A stretch of DNA of 43,253 nucleotides, taken from Octopus sinensis (taxonomy: Eukaryota). The notes beneath the pieces were generated by a model that saw only the letters and a program-made list of their open reading frames with translations, was not told the DNA's origin and searched no databases. A program made the position numbers and the translations under genes. Positions 13,359 to 24,510 of this stretch are shown here, piece after piece (within the stretch, counting starts at the first letter, position 1; each line of letters begins with the position of its first letter). The stretch covers positions 1-43,253 of the forward strand of contig NW_021835099.1 of assembly GCF_006345805.1 (NCBI RefSeq). Reading direction: 5' to 3'.

Positions 13359-14962
13359 ATTAGCGCGCGTCTACGATAAATCTACGATTTAAGAAAAAAA
13401 ATTACCATCATTTTTTCCCATTTTTAATGCATTTTTTTGCTATTATTTTGGCTGTAACTTTCTAAAAATGCTTATATGGTTATTTCCCTTACAAACCCGA
13501 GCAACGCCGGGCGATACTGCTAGTTATATATAAAAATGAAGTTGTATCAGACTCTGTCTCCTCTGATTTAGATTCCTAACTACTCCCACTTTTTGCGGTG
13601 CAATTTAACCAAAACCGGGTATCTTATAGTCGTGATTCATATCGAGCCCTTCTGGTTATTAGCGCGCGTCTACGATTTAAAAAAAAAATTACCATAATTT
13701 TTCCCATTTTTAATGCATTTTCTTGCTATTTTTTCGCTATAACTCTCTAAAAATGCTTATATAGTTATTTCCCTTACAAACGCGAGGAACGCCGGGCGAT
13801 ACTTCATAACGAGCCCTTCTGGTTATTAGCGCGCGTCTACGATAAGTCTACGATTTAAAAAAAAATTACCATCATTTTTTCCCATTTTTAATGCATTTTC
13901 TTGCTATTTTTTCGCTATAACTCTCTAAAAATGCTTATATAGTTATTTCCCTTACAAACCCGAGCAACGCCGGGCGATACTTTTAGTCTTTATATATAAA
14001 AGTGAGTTTGTGTGCTGTCTGTCTCATACGATTTAGATTCCTAACTACTCCCACATTTTGCGGTGCAGTGTAACCAAAAGCGGGTATCTTATAGTCGTGA
14101 TTCATATCGAGCCCTTCTGGGTATTAGCGCGCGTCTACGATGAGTCTACGATTTTTAAAACAATTTACCATCATTTTTTTTCATTTTAATGCATTTTTTC
14201 ATTATTATATAAGGGAAGTAACTCTCTAAAAATGTCTACGATGAGTCTACGATTTTTAAAACAATTTACCATCATTTTTTTTCATTTTAATGCATTTTTT
14301 CGTTATTATATAAGGGAAGTAACTCTCTAAAAATGTCTACGATGAGTCTACGATTTTTAAAACAATTTACCATCATTTTTTTTCGTTTTAATGCATTTTT
14401 TCATTATTATATAAGGGAAGTAACTCTCTAAAAATGTCTACGATGAGTCAACGATTTAAAAAAAATTACCATATTTCCTTCCATTTTTCATTTCTTTCCC
14501 CATTTTTAATGCATTTTCTTGCTATTTTTTTCTCTATAACTCTCTAAAAATGCTTATATGGTTATTTCCCTTACAAACCCGAGCAACGCCGGGCGATACT
14601 TCATAAGGAGCCCTTCTGGGTATTAGCGCGCGTCTACGATAAGTCTACGATAAAAAAAAAATTACCATCATTTTTTCCCATTTTTTAATGCATTTTCTTG
14701 CTATTTTTTGGCTATAACTCTCTAAAAATGCTTATATGGTTTTTTTCCCTTACAAACCCGAGCAACGCCGGGCGATACTTCATCACGAGCCCTTTTGGGT
14801 ATTAGCGCGCGTCTACGATAAGTCTACAATTTTAAAAAAATTACCATCAATTTTTCCCATTTTTAATGCATTTTCTTGCTATTTTTTGGCTATAACTCTC
14901 TAAAAATGCTTATATGGTTATTTCCCTTACAAACCCGAGCAACGCCGGGCGATACTGCTAGT
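13359..14962 (+). mobile_element. Head-to-tail concatemer of non-autonomous Helitron units
   Basis: 3' hairpin CCCG-AGCAACGC-CGGG ~8 nt before CTAG|T (13520-24, 14958-62; TTAG variant at 13983-86). 5' end TCTTTATATATAAAAG at 13987 is fused directly to a 3' end. Internal 101-bp subrepeat at 14133, 14234, 14335 and 14436. Confidence 0.8.
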
Positions 14963-14995
14963 AAATAATAGTTTTCTTTTCTCTTAATTTCCTAG

Positions 14996-15094
14996 AATGA
15001 CACTGCGAAAGATAACAAATTACATGTGGCCAAGGAATTGAACCAATATTTCACACGTAACAAAAAACCAAAAGATGGTTTGGCAGTCATAGCA
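14996..15094 (+). CDS. DCLK: DCLK exon, proximal C-terminal tail
   Basis: Pyrimidine tract + AG at 14994-95; phase 0; NDTAKDNKLHVAKELNQYFTRNKKPKDGLAVIA resembles DCLK1 [26 protein letters not shown]...GVSVIA (recalled); donor GTAAGT at 15095. Confidence 0.85.
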
Positions 15095-15261
15095 GTAAGT
15101 GAAAAATTCTTCAAGTAATGTGAAAAGATAAATTTTTTTTTAATATTTTTAAAATCTGAGTTCGGAGTTCGATCCTGTGTATCTTTCATAGAACCATAAT
15201 TTTTGGATATGTCTGGATGAATTAGGAATTGAATTATAAGCAGAACAATCTGTAGATTGTA

Positions 15262-15696
<435 letters not shown>

Positions 15697-17582
15697 GCGC
15701 ACTTTCGGTCCGTCAGGGATGCCCCCTCTCGTCGCTTCTATACGTATTGACTCTCGAGCCATTATTGCGGAAGCTGGCAACCTTGAGAGGCATCCCGCGA
15801 GAACTGGGATGCGGGACGAGCGTGTCTGCATACGCGGACGACGTCACCGTCATAGTGTCTCGCCACGAGCACATCGAGCAGGTCGCCGAGACACTGAAAA
15901 ACTACGAAGCGGTGATAGGAGCGAAAATCAACCGGGAAAAGTCAGTGGGCTTGCGACTAGGCACCTGGAGAAGCAAGCCCATGCCGTCCACCAGCGCCTC
16001 CGTCGTGGGACGCTGGACCGACGGCCCGGTTGAGTTGCTCGGGATCTGGTTTGGTCCGGACCTCCAAGTGGAGAAGAACTGGAACGAGATAACGAGTAGG
16101 GTGGTCACTCTCGCCCGGCAATGGGCCGAGAGGAAACTGTCCCTAAAAGGTCGGGCGGAGGTGGCGAACACGTACATCGCGTCCGTCATCTACTACCGCC
16201 TGACCGTCGTACCTTGTCCCGACCCTACCATCACCAAACTACAACGCATTCTCTTTCGCTTCTTGTGGAAAGGATGCGTCCCGATGGTCAGGCGATCCAT
16301 TTGCTGTCAACACCCGTTAAAAGGAGGGCTGGGCATGCCGTGTTGATGATGCGCAGACACGCGCTGAGACTGCGACATCTCTGGCTCTATGTAGACGACG
16401 GTGAACAGGTGTGGTCGTCCGTTTGTGAGGCACGCTTTCCCGCAGCTCGTCTCCATGACCGAACTGCAGTCGTGGATCAAAAAGAGGCCGAAGAAGGGCG
16501 AATGGCACCGCGAGTGTCGCGTTGCTCTCAAGCAACTCTGCCGTCCTGGGTCGACCTTGAGTGACTTCAACACAACCAAAGCATTCTATAGGGGTTTAGT
16601 GGAGGGGAGGTACGACGACGAGCTCGGGGTGAACCTGGACGTCGACGAGGAGTACCTGACCCGCCTGTTCAGGACGACTTTCGGGCCAGGGCCCATGGAC
16701 AACTTCCAGAGATCCCTGGCCTGGCAGTGCTACCGAGAAGCGCTACCCGTTCGGGATAAGCTTTACAGACACGGCTCGAGAAACACGGGGCCGACCTGCC
16801 CGAGTTGCGGTCAGAGCGACGAAACCGTTCTGCACGCACTCGTGCAGTGTCCAACAATTTCCGACCTGTGGGCTTATGTCGAACAACTGCTGTCACGTGT
16901 GGGACGAGTCGGTTTATCAGCTGAGTCTATCGTCAATATTGTCACGCCTCCCTCCTTCAAACGGGAAGGAAGAGCTATTTTCATCATCCTTGTGGCTATG
17001 GCGAAAGAATGTATCAGGTGAACGCGTCTGAAAGGATTGGAGACAAACACTTTCCTCTCTGGTCAATCTCTCATCAACTTCTTCAAGTACCACTTGAAAA
17101 GGAAAGTGAGAGTAGAGAGGCAAGTTTTGTCTAGCGAATGTTTTAAAAAAAAGATGGGTGAATGTAGCAAGAATGGCACGTATGAATGACGAAGCTACCT
17201 TCAGCATGATCCTATGAACCCAGAAATTGAAAACAGAGAGTTGCTTATTTGCAAAAAAAAAAAGAAATATAACATGACTCCATTGACCGAGGTTACCGTG
17301 GTCTTTTCCGTAGGCTTTTCTTTCCACGGGTAAACCTCACCTGTCCTCCCCTTTACACTTCATATTGACATTTCTGTGATAACGATCCCTATTGATCAAT
17401 TTTTTTTTTCCTCTCCCCCTTTTTTAACCCCCCTTTTTTTGTCCACTTTCTCTCCTTTTACGATCCCTTTTGATCGAAACTCCCCCTTCCCTTTCTTTTT
17501 TTTTTTTAAACCTTCAAAAGAAAAGCTCTACCTTGTAATTTGTTCTATCTGTGTGCAGCCCTGTGTGGCTAATAAAGAAACA
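15697..17582 (+). mobile_element. 5'-truncated L1/Tx1-clade LINE (RT C-half, zinc knuckle, 3' UTR)
   Basis: VRQGCPLS, AYADDVTV, INREKS, LSLKGRAEVAN, GGLG, CPSCGQSDETVLHALVQC. Frameshifts near 16340 and 16430, premature TGA at 17019-21, T/C-rich UTR, AATAAA at 17571. Confidence 0.88.
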
Positions 17583-17794
<212 letters not shown>

Positions 17795-17986
17795 CGCTCA
17801 GTCGAAGTTGACTCTCGGTTACTCGTTGGATCAGTGTCCCCCAGGCAGTTCTATCCTGGGTCGCTTCTTTCAGGTTGGCTATGTCCATTCCCGTGTCACT
17901 CTTGATGGTGTCAAGCCAACGGGTTCTTGGTCGGCCCCTGTTGCCACTGACCATTCCGAGCATGATGTCCTTCTCCAGGAATTTTC
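17795..17986 (-). mobile_element. 3' terminal fragment of an RTE-clade (BovB-like) LINE
   Basis: Manual translation [64 protein letters not shown], typical of the RTE C-terminus; not in the ORF track. Confidence 0.8.
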
Positions 17987-18201
17987 TTGTTTTTACTTGT
18001 TTCAGTCATTTGACTGCGGCCATGTTGGAGCACCGCCTTTAATCGAGCAACTCGACCCCGGGACTTATTCTTTGTGAGCCCAGTACTTATTCTATCGGTC
18101 TCTTTTGCCGAACCGCTAAGTGACAGGGACATAAACAACCAGCATCGGTTGTCAAGCAATGCTAGGGGAACAAACACAGACACACAAACACACACACATA
18201 C

Positions 18202-18215
<14 letters not shown>
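17987..18215 (-). mobile_element. SINE 3' half (family of 70-2229)
   Basis: cagtcatttgactgcggcc...ggggaacaaacacagacac. Confidence 0.85.
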
Positions 18216-18254
<39 letters not shown>

Positions 18255-18283
18255 AGAGAGAGAGAGAGAGAGAGAGAGAAGAG

Positions 18284-18926
18284 AGAAGTAAATATATGGC
18301 ACAATGAAGTACCGATATTTACTGAAAATAGCGAACGTAATAATACGAGGCTAATGTGTAGCTTCACCGCGTATGTACTAGCAAAAATGCGTGTGTGCAA
18401 CAAACTTGAAAACAATTGTCTTACCTCCAGGGAGAACATCTGAAAGATGAAATACGTAGAAAAGGACAATATGGGACCGGCGCCGGTTTCAGATTTTTCA
18501 AGATATGCCTGCCCACATATACTTGATCTATCTTCATCAGCCAAACATATACCACGACAACCTTTCAGATGTTACCACATTAATGCCATTACACTCGACT
18601 GAAACGCCGAAACGCTAACAGCACGAGAACGGTGAAGAAGTTTCAATAAATTAGTAATGCAATACTAGAGTATTGCTTTCCAGTAAAGAATAGCCCGTGA
18701 GGGGAAAATATACAAAGAAGTAAATATATGGCACAACGAAGTACCGATATTTACTGGAAATAGCGAACGTAATAATACGACGCTAATGTATAGCTTCACC
18801 GCGTATGTACTAGCAAAAATGCGTGTGTGCAACAAACTAGAAAAAATTGTCTTACCTCCAGGGAGAAGATTTTTGCTATTACATACGCGGTGAAGCTATA
18901 CATTAGCGTCGTATTATTACGTTCGC
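18284..18926 (-). mobile_element. Non-coding Penelope-like/retrozyme-like element with a hammerhead
   Basis: ~152-bp direct repeats (18284-18436, 18716-18867; period 432), a 58-bp inversion (18869-18926 vs 18763-18820) and an internal hammerhead fold. Confidence 0.65.
18459..18566 (-). ncRNA. Type I hammerhead ribozyme, canonical core
   Basis: CUGAUGA (18540-34); stem II AGAU/AUCU extended by UCAAG-U-AUAUG/CAUAU-CUUGA; GAA; stem III palindrome ACCGGCGCCGGU; GUC cleavage triplet (after 18475); bulged stem I (GG/CC, AUAU/AUAU, AAAGG/CCUUU). Folded by eye. Confidence 0.75.
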
Positions 18927-21030
18927 CTAAAAGCTCCACGAGGCTCCGGCAGGGGGTGGTGGCGAGCCCTGTTGTACTCATTTGCCACAACTTTCTCTCA
19001 CTCTCTCTTTCTGTTTCTTGGGTAACGTCCCGTCCTGCTGGGGTGGGGGTCACATACGCTACAGAAACCGGGAAACCCGGTCCATGAGCCCGGCTAGGCT
19101 TGAAATGGGCGAATTTATTTTGTGGAGGCGCAATGGCCCAGTGGTTAGGGCAGCGGATTCGTGGTCGGAGGATCGCGGTTTCGATTCCCAGACCGTGCGT
19201 TGTGAGTGTTTATTGAGCGAAAACACCTAAAGCTCCACGAGGCTCCGGCAGGGATGGTGGTGAACCCTGCTGTACTCTTTCACCACAACTTTCTCTCACT
19301 CTTACTTCCTGTTTCTGTTGTACCTGTATTTCAAAGGGCCGGCCTTGTCACTCTCTGTGTCACGCTGAATATCCCCGAGAACTCCGTTAAGGGTGCACGT
19401 GTCTGTGGAGTACTCAGCCACTTACACGTTAATTTCACGTGCAGGCTGTTCCGTTGATTCGGATCAACCGGAACTCTCATCGTCGTAACCGACGGAGTGC
19501 TCCTGCAGGGGATTGTGGTGATCCCTGTTGTACTCTTTCACCACAACTTTCTCTCACTCTTACTTCCTGTTTATGTTGTACTTGTATTTCAAGGGGCCGG
19601 CCTTGTCACTCTCTGTGTCACGCTGAATATCCCCGAGAACTCCGTTAAGGGTGCACGTGTCTGTGGAGTGCTCAGCCACTTACACGTTAATTTCACGTGC
19701 AGGCTGTTCCGTTGATTCGGATCAACCGGAACTCTCATCATCGTAACCGACGGAGTGCTCCTGCAGGGGATTGTGGTGATCCCTGTTGTACTCTTTCACC
19801 ACAACTTTCTCTCACTCTTACTTCCTGTTTCTGTTGTACCTGTATTTCAAAGGGCCGGCCTTGTCACTCTCTGTGTCACGCTGAATATCCCCGAGAACTC
19901 CGTTAAGGGTGCACGTGTCTGTGGAGTGCTCAGCCACTTACACGTTAATTTCACGTGCAGGCTGTTCCGTTGATTCGGATCAACCGGAACTCTCATCGTC
20001 ATCGTCGTAACCGACGGAGTGCTCCTGCAGGGGATTGTGGGGACCCCTGTTGTACTCTTTCACCCACCACACTTTCTCTCACTCTTACTTCCTGTTTCTG
20101 TTGTACCTGTATTTCAAAGGGCCGGCCTTGTCACTCTCTGTGTCACGCTGAATATCCCCGAGAACTCCGTTAAGGGTGCACGTGTCTGTGGAGTGCTCAG
20201 CCACTTACACGTTAATTTCACGTGCAGGCTGTTCCGTTGATTCGGATCAACCGGAACTCTCATCGTCGTGACCGACGGAGTGCTCCTGCAGGGGATTGTG
20301 GGGACCCCTGTTGTACTCTTTCACCACAACTTTCTCTCACTCTTACTTCCTGTTTCTGTTGTACCTGTATTTCAAAGGGCCGGCCTTGTCACTCTCTGTG
20401 TCACGCTGAATATCCCCGAGAACTACGTTAAGGGTGCACGTGTCTGTGGAGTGCTCAGCCACTTACACGTTAATTTCACGAGCAGGCTGTTCCGTTGATT
20501 CGGATCAAACGGAACCCTCGTCGTCGTAACCGACGAAGTGCTTCAATTGAGCGAAAACGCCTAAAAGCTCTACGAGACTCCGGCCACCGACCCCTGTTGT
20601 ACTCATTTGCCACAACTTTTTCTCACTCTCTCTTTCTGTTTCTTGGGTAACGCTGAGGGGAGGGGGAACACATACGCCACAGAAACCGGGAAACCGGGCC
20701 CACGAGCCCGGCTAGGCTTGAAAAGGGCGAAATTATTTTGTGGAGGCGCAATGGCCCAGTGGTTAGGGCAGCGGACTCGTGGTCGGAGGATCGCGGTTTC
20801 GATTCCCAGATCGGGCGTTGTGTGTGTTTATTGAGCGAAAACACCTAAAAGCTCCACGAGGCTCCGGCAGGGGTCGGTGGCGACCCCCTGTTCTACTTTT
20901 TCGCCCCAACTTTCTCTCATACTTTCTTCCTGTTTCTTGGGTAACGCAGAGGGTGGGGGAACACATACGCCACAGAAACCGGGAAACCGGGCCCATTAGG
21001 GTTAGGGTTAGGCTAGGCTTGAAAAGGGCG
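18927..21030 (+). mobile_element. Cluster of a third tRNA(Arg-like) SINE family with two alternative 3' bodies
   Basis: Heads at ~19122 and ~20741 (TGGCCCAGTGG A-box, GGTTTCGATTCC B-box). Body 1 ends in aaccgacggagtgc; body 2 ends in acagaaaccgggaaaccggg...ggctaggcttgaaa. Confidence 0.8.
19250..20541 (+). repeat. Five tandem ~260-bp copies of the headless SINE body
   Basis: Marker gacggagtgc at 19491, 19749, 20013, 20274 and (variant) 20532; periods 258, 264, 261, 258. Confidence 0.95.
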
Positions 21031-21222
21031 CACAATAAAATCAGCAGCAATTGCTATAACAACAACAGCAACAAATGCAAGAACAAGAATTAAGACGATG
21101 ACAACAGCTTCAACAATAATAATTAAAATATTCATCATGGAAAGTGACAACGGAAGAGAGGACGAAAAAACATTGATTTTCCTTCCTTCTTTTATATATA
21201 TTTTTTACTACCCAGCGTCCAA

Positions 21223-22115
21223 TTACTCCCTCCACAACACTAATCTCAAAAAGTCTTCTTGTGAACGTGACCTGGGTATTATTGTCGACAGAGATTCGTG
21301 TTGGACAAAACACATTGCTAAAATAGCCAAGAAGCCTGAGGGTGTCTTGGCATCACTCACCAAGTCCTTTGTGAGCCGCTCTCCGACTATCTATCTGCGG
21401 CTTTATATAGCTATGGTAAGATCTCACCTGGAATTTGCATCACCGGTCTGGAACCCCTTTCTTGCCCAGGATATCAATCGTCTGGAAGCCGTTCAGCGAT
21501 GTGCAACCAAAAGAATAACCTCCATCAGGAATTTGCCATATTCTGAACGCCTTACTTCCCTGGGCATGGATACATTGAAACTCCGACGTCTGGCAGCTGA
21601 CTTGGCAGACACCCATAAAATTATTAACCATCTTACAAACAATAACTCTGAGCACCTTTTCAAACTCCACCCATCTAACACCCGTGGTCATATTTAGAAA
21701 GTCAGAAAACAGCACAGCTCCCATGACTTCAGGAAACATTTTTTCACGCTGAGAGTTGCTGAAGCATGGAACAAACTGCCGGCATCAGTTGTTAGTTATC
21801 GGAGCACTGCATCCTTCAAAACTTCCATGCTTCCTGAGATTCGCCAACACTACACCTGATTTTGTCCCTTCCATACACACGCTGAAGCATGGAACAAACT
21901 GCCGGCATCAGTTGTTAGTTATCGGAGCACTGCATCCTTCAAAACTTCCATGCTTCCTGAGATTCGCCAACACTACACCTGATTTTCTCCCATCCATACA
22001 CACACAAGCATGGAACAAACTGCCGGTATCAGTTGTTAGTTGTCGGAGCACTGCATCCTTCAAAACTTCCATGCTTCCTGAGATTCGCCAACACTACACC
22101 TGATTTTCTCCATAC
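21223..22115 (+). mobile_element. CR1-like LINE 3' fragment with triplicated terminus
   Basis: ERDLGIIVD, VRSHLEFASPVWNP, LEAVQRCATK, RRLAADL, TRGH, EAWNKLP; last ~122 bp present three times. Confidence 0.88.
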
Positions 22116-22117
22116 CC

Positions 22118-22500
22118 CCTAGACGACGCCGTGGTGATCTCATTCTTGCTCACAACATCATAAGCGGAAAGTGTAACCTCTCGAAAGAGCTGTTCTTCAC
22201 TCCTGCTCCAGAGCGTAGGTTGCGGGGTCACTCCGAAAAGCTCTATCTGCGACGATCTCATCTCAGTCGAAGGAGAGGGTCTTTCTCCGTCCGGGTTGCG
22301 GATCCGTGGAACAAGCTTCCGGACGAGATGGTGAAGATGCTGACGACCGCTCGGTTCAAAGTCTCCCTTGACCAGAAATGGCCTGAACTCTTTACATGAA
22401 CACCACCCTGTACATAACTCCATGTCCCCCCTACATGGCCTTGCTTTTTGCTTTTTGAGCCAAAAATGAACTAACTAACTAACTAACTAATTATCTAACT
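22118..22500 (+). mobile_element. 3' end of a second CR1-like family with (CTAA)n tail
   Basis: Manual translation RRRRGDLILAHNII...RLRGHSEKL...FSVRVADPWNKLP...FKVSLD; (CTAA)n at ~22470-22500. Confidence 0.8.
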
Positions 22501-22750
22501 AATTACTACTACTACTAGTTACAGCAACATGAGAATCCCTAGGAACAACTACCACCAAGACAATACCACTGATAGTACCAGTACTGCAACCAATACAACA
22601 AACACTAACAAGATTCCCGGATTTACTGATTTGTTTTATTGTTAATTAAAATGAATTTTTTTCTAATTCAATAAAACAATTTTTTTACTAGAAAATGTTT
22701 TTTCTTGTTTTTTTTTTTTTTTACTTATTTCTGTGTAGCAATAAAGTACA

Positions 22751-22947
22751 TTACGGAGATGTACTTGCATAGCAAGTGACCTGATCTGAGATCGTGTGCT
22801 GGAACGAAATAATTGCAGCGTGGAAGGTGTTTATAAGCGATTTAAGAAAAACACACAAAACCGTTAGATTCACTTCAACATTTAAGTTTAATTTGTTAAA
22901 ATATTTTCGTCGCTTTCCGACCGCGACCTGTTCACTGACAAAGCTTA

Positions 22948-23031
<84 letters not shown>

Positions 23032-23201
23032 TACGGAGATGTACTTGCATAGCAAGTGACCTGATCTGATATCGTGTGCTGGAACGAAAACAATTTCAGC
23101 ATGGAAGGTGTTTATAAGCCATTTAAGAAACACACAAAAACCGTTAGATGTCCAAATATTTTCGTCGCTTTGAGACGGTGACCTGTTCACTGACAAAGCT
23201 T
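22751..23201 (-). mobile_element. Two copies of a ~195-bp unclassified repeat with a hammerhead-like fold
   Basis: Units ttacggagatgtacttgc...ttcactgacaaagctt at 22751-22946 and 23031-23201, separated by (TA)n. Confidence 0.75.
22892..22942 (-). ncRNA. Hammerhead-like motif with swapped G3-C8 core
   Basis: UUUGUCA GUGAACA G GUCGC-loop-GCGAC GAA AAUAUU U UAACAAA; one mismatch in stem I. Confidence 0.45.
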
Positions 23202-23317
23202 CATATATATATATATATAACGGGAAGCTTTATGAAAATAGACAAAAGACGAAGGCAGGTGGAAAACAAACAAACAATCGTATTAGTATGGCGCTCAGGA
23301 AATATAAATAAAACAAG

Positions 23318-23355
23318 TCTTTAACGTTTCGAGCCTACGCTCTTCAACAGAAAGA
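23318..23355 (-). ncRNA. Minimal short-stem-III hammerhead-like motif (A6U), Penelope-type terminus
   Basis: UCUUU CUGUUGA A GAGC-GUAG-GCUC GAA ACGU U AAAGA; all three stems pair. Confidence 0.55.
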
Positions 23356-24510
23356 TACACAGAGAGAAAAAAAACACAGAAAGAAGGAGAGAAAAAAAAT
23401 GCGTGCAGTAACTAACGAATCAACATGGCGATCTGATTTCGGCCAGAGGTCAAAGATCAAACATGAGACGCGAGAGCGAAATAAGGGGAGATAATAGGGT
23501 TGATAATAGGGTTGAATGACCAGCTATTAGTGCGTAGGAGGGGTCTGGACGTGTGTATGTATAGGGTTGGTGTATGTATTAGTATGTATTAGTATGTATA
23601 AGGGTGTGTGTGTGTGTGTGTGTATGAGAGAGTATTAGTGCGTATGAGAGGTCTGGACGTGCGTATCTATGGGGTTGGTGTATGTATTAGTATGTATTAG
23701 TATGTATTAGTATGTATAAGTGTGTGTGTGTGTTGTATGAGAGAGTATAAGTGCGTATGAGAGGTCTGGACGTGTGTATGTATAGGGTTGGTGTATGTAT
23801 TAGTATGTATTAGTCGTTCAAAGTTCATTATCGTCTACATCAGAGTCCTTCTTTTTCTCTTTTCTTTTCTCTTTCTTTTCTTTTACATCGTAACACGTAT
23901 CAATACAATTAAATACCTGAATTCCTAATTGAATCGCCAGCGTCCCATTATTGCACCTCCATCTCTACGTACCGCTAAATCCAGCCTGCCAAACTCCTGC
24001 ATCCCATCGCTCGCTCCCAAGATTCTCTGACGACCGACTCCCACTGCCCAAAACCTCACTTCCTTGTCCTGACTTCCACTCCCTCATCTCCCTCTGTCTC
24101 TACCGCTTATAGCCTTTCTATCTGCTCTCTGATTCCTTACTCTATCTCTATCGCCTGCTGCCTATCACACTCTCATGACAGCTCTACCATACTCTCTGCC
24201 TGTCCTTCTCTGCCCCCTCATCTCTCTCACTGCTATTCTCCTTCCTCACATCTGTCCCTTAGCCTTATACTCTATCTCTCTCACTACTTTTCTTTCTCTG
24301 CCCCTCATCCTCTCTTACTGCCAATACCCTCTCTATCTGCTATAAGATTCCTTACTCTATCTCTATCGCCTGCTGCCTATCACCCTCTCATGACAGCTCT
24401 ACCATACTCTCTGCTGTTCTTCTCTTCAAGGGGTGTTTAGAACGACCTCTAATTCACCCGAAAGGGGTCGCAGAACCGATCAATCCACCTGAATCTGACA
24501 GGACAATGTA

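Noticed and set aside
19122-19200. Possible tRNA gene (also 20741-20815)
   Set aside because: Has A/B boxes but no convincing acceptor stem, and runs straight into a SINE body.
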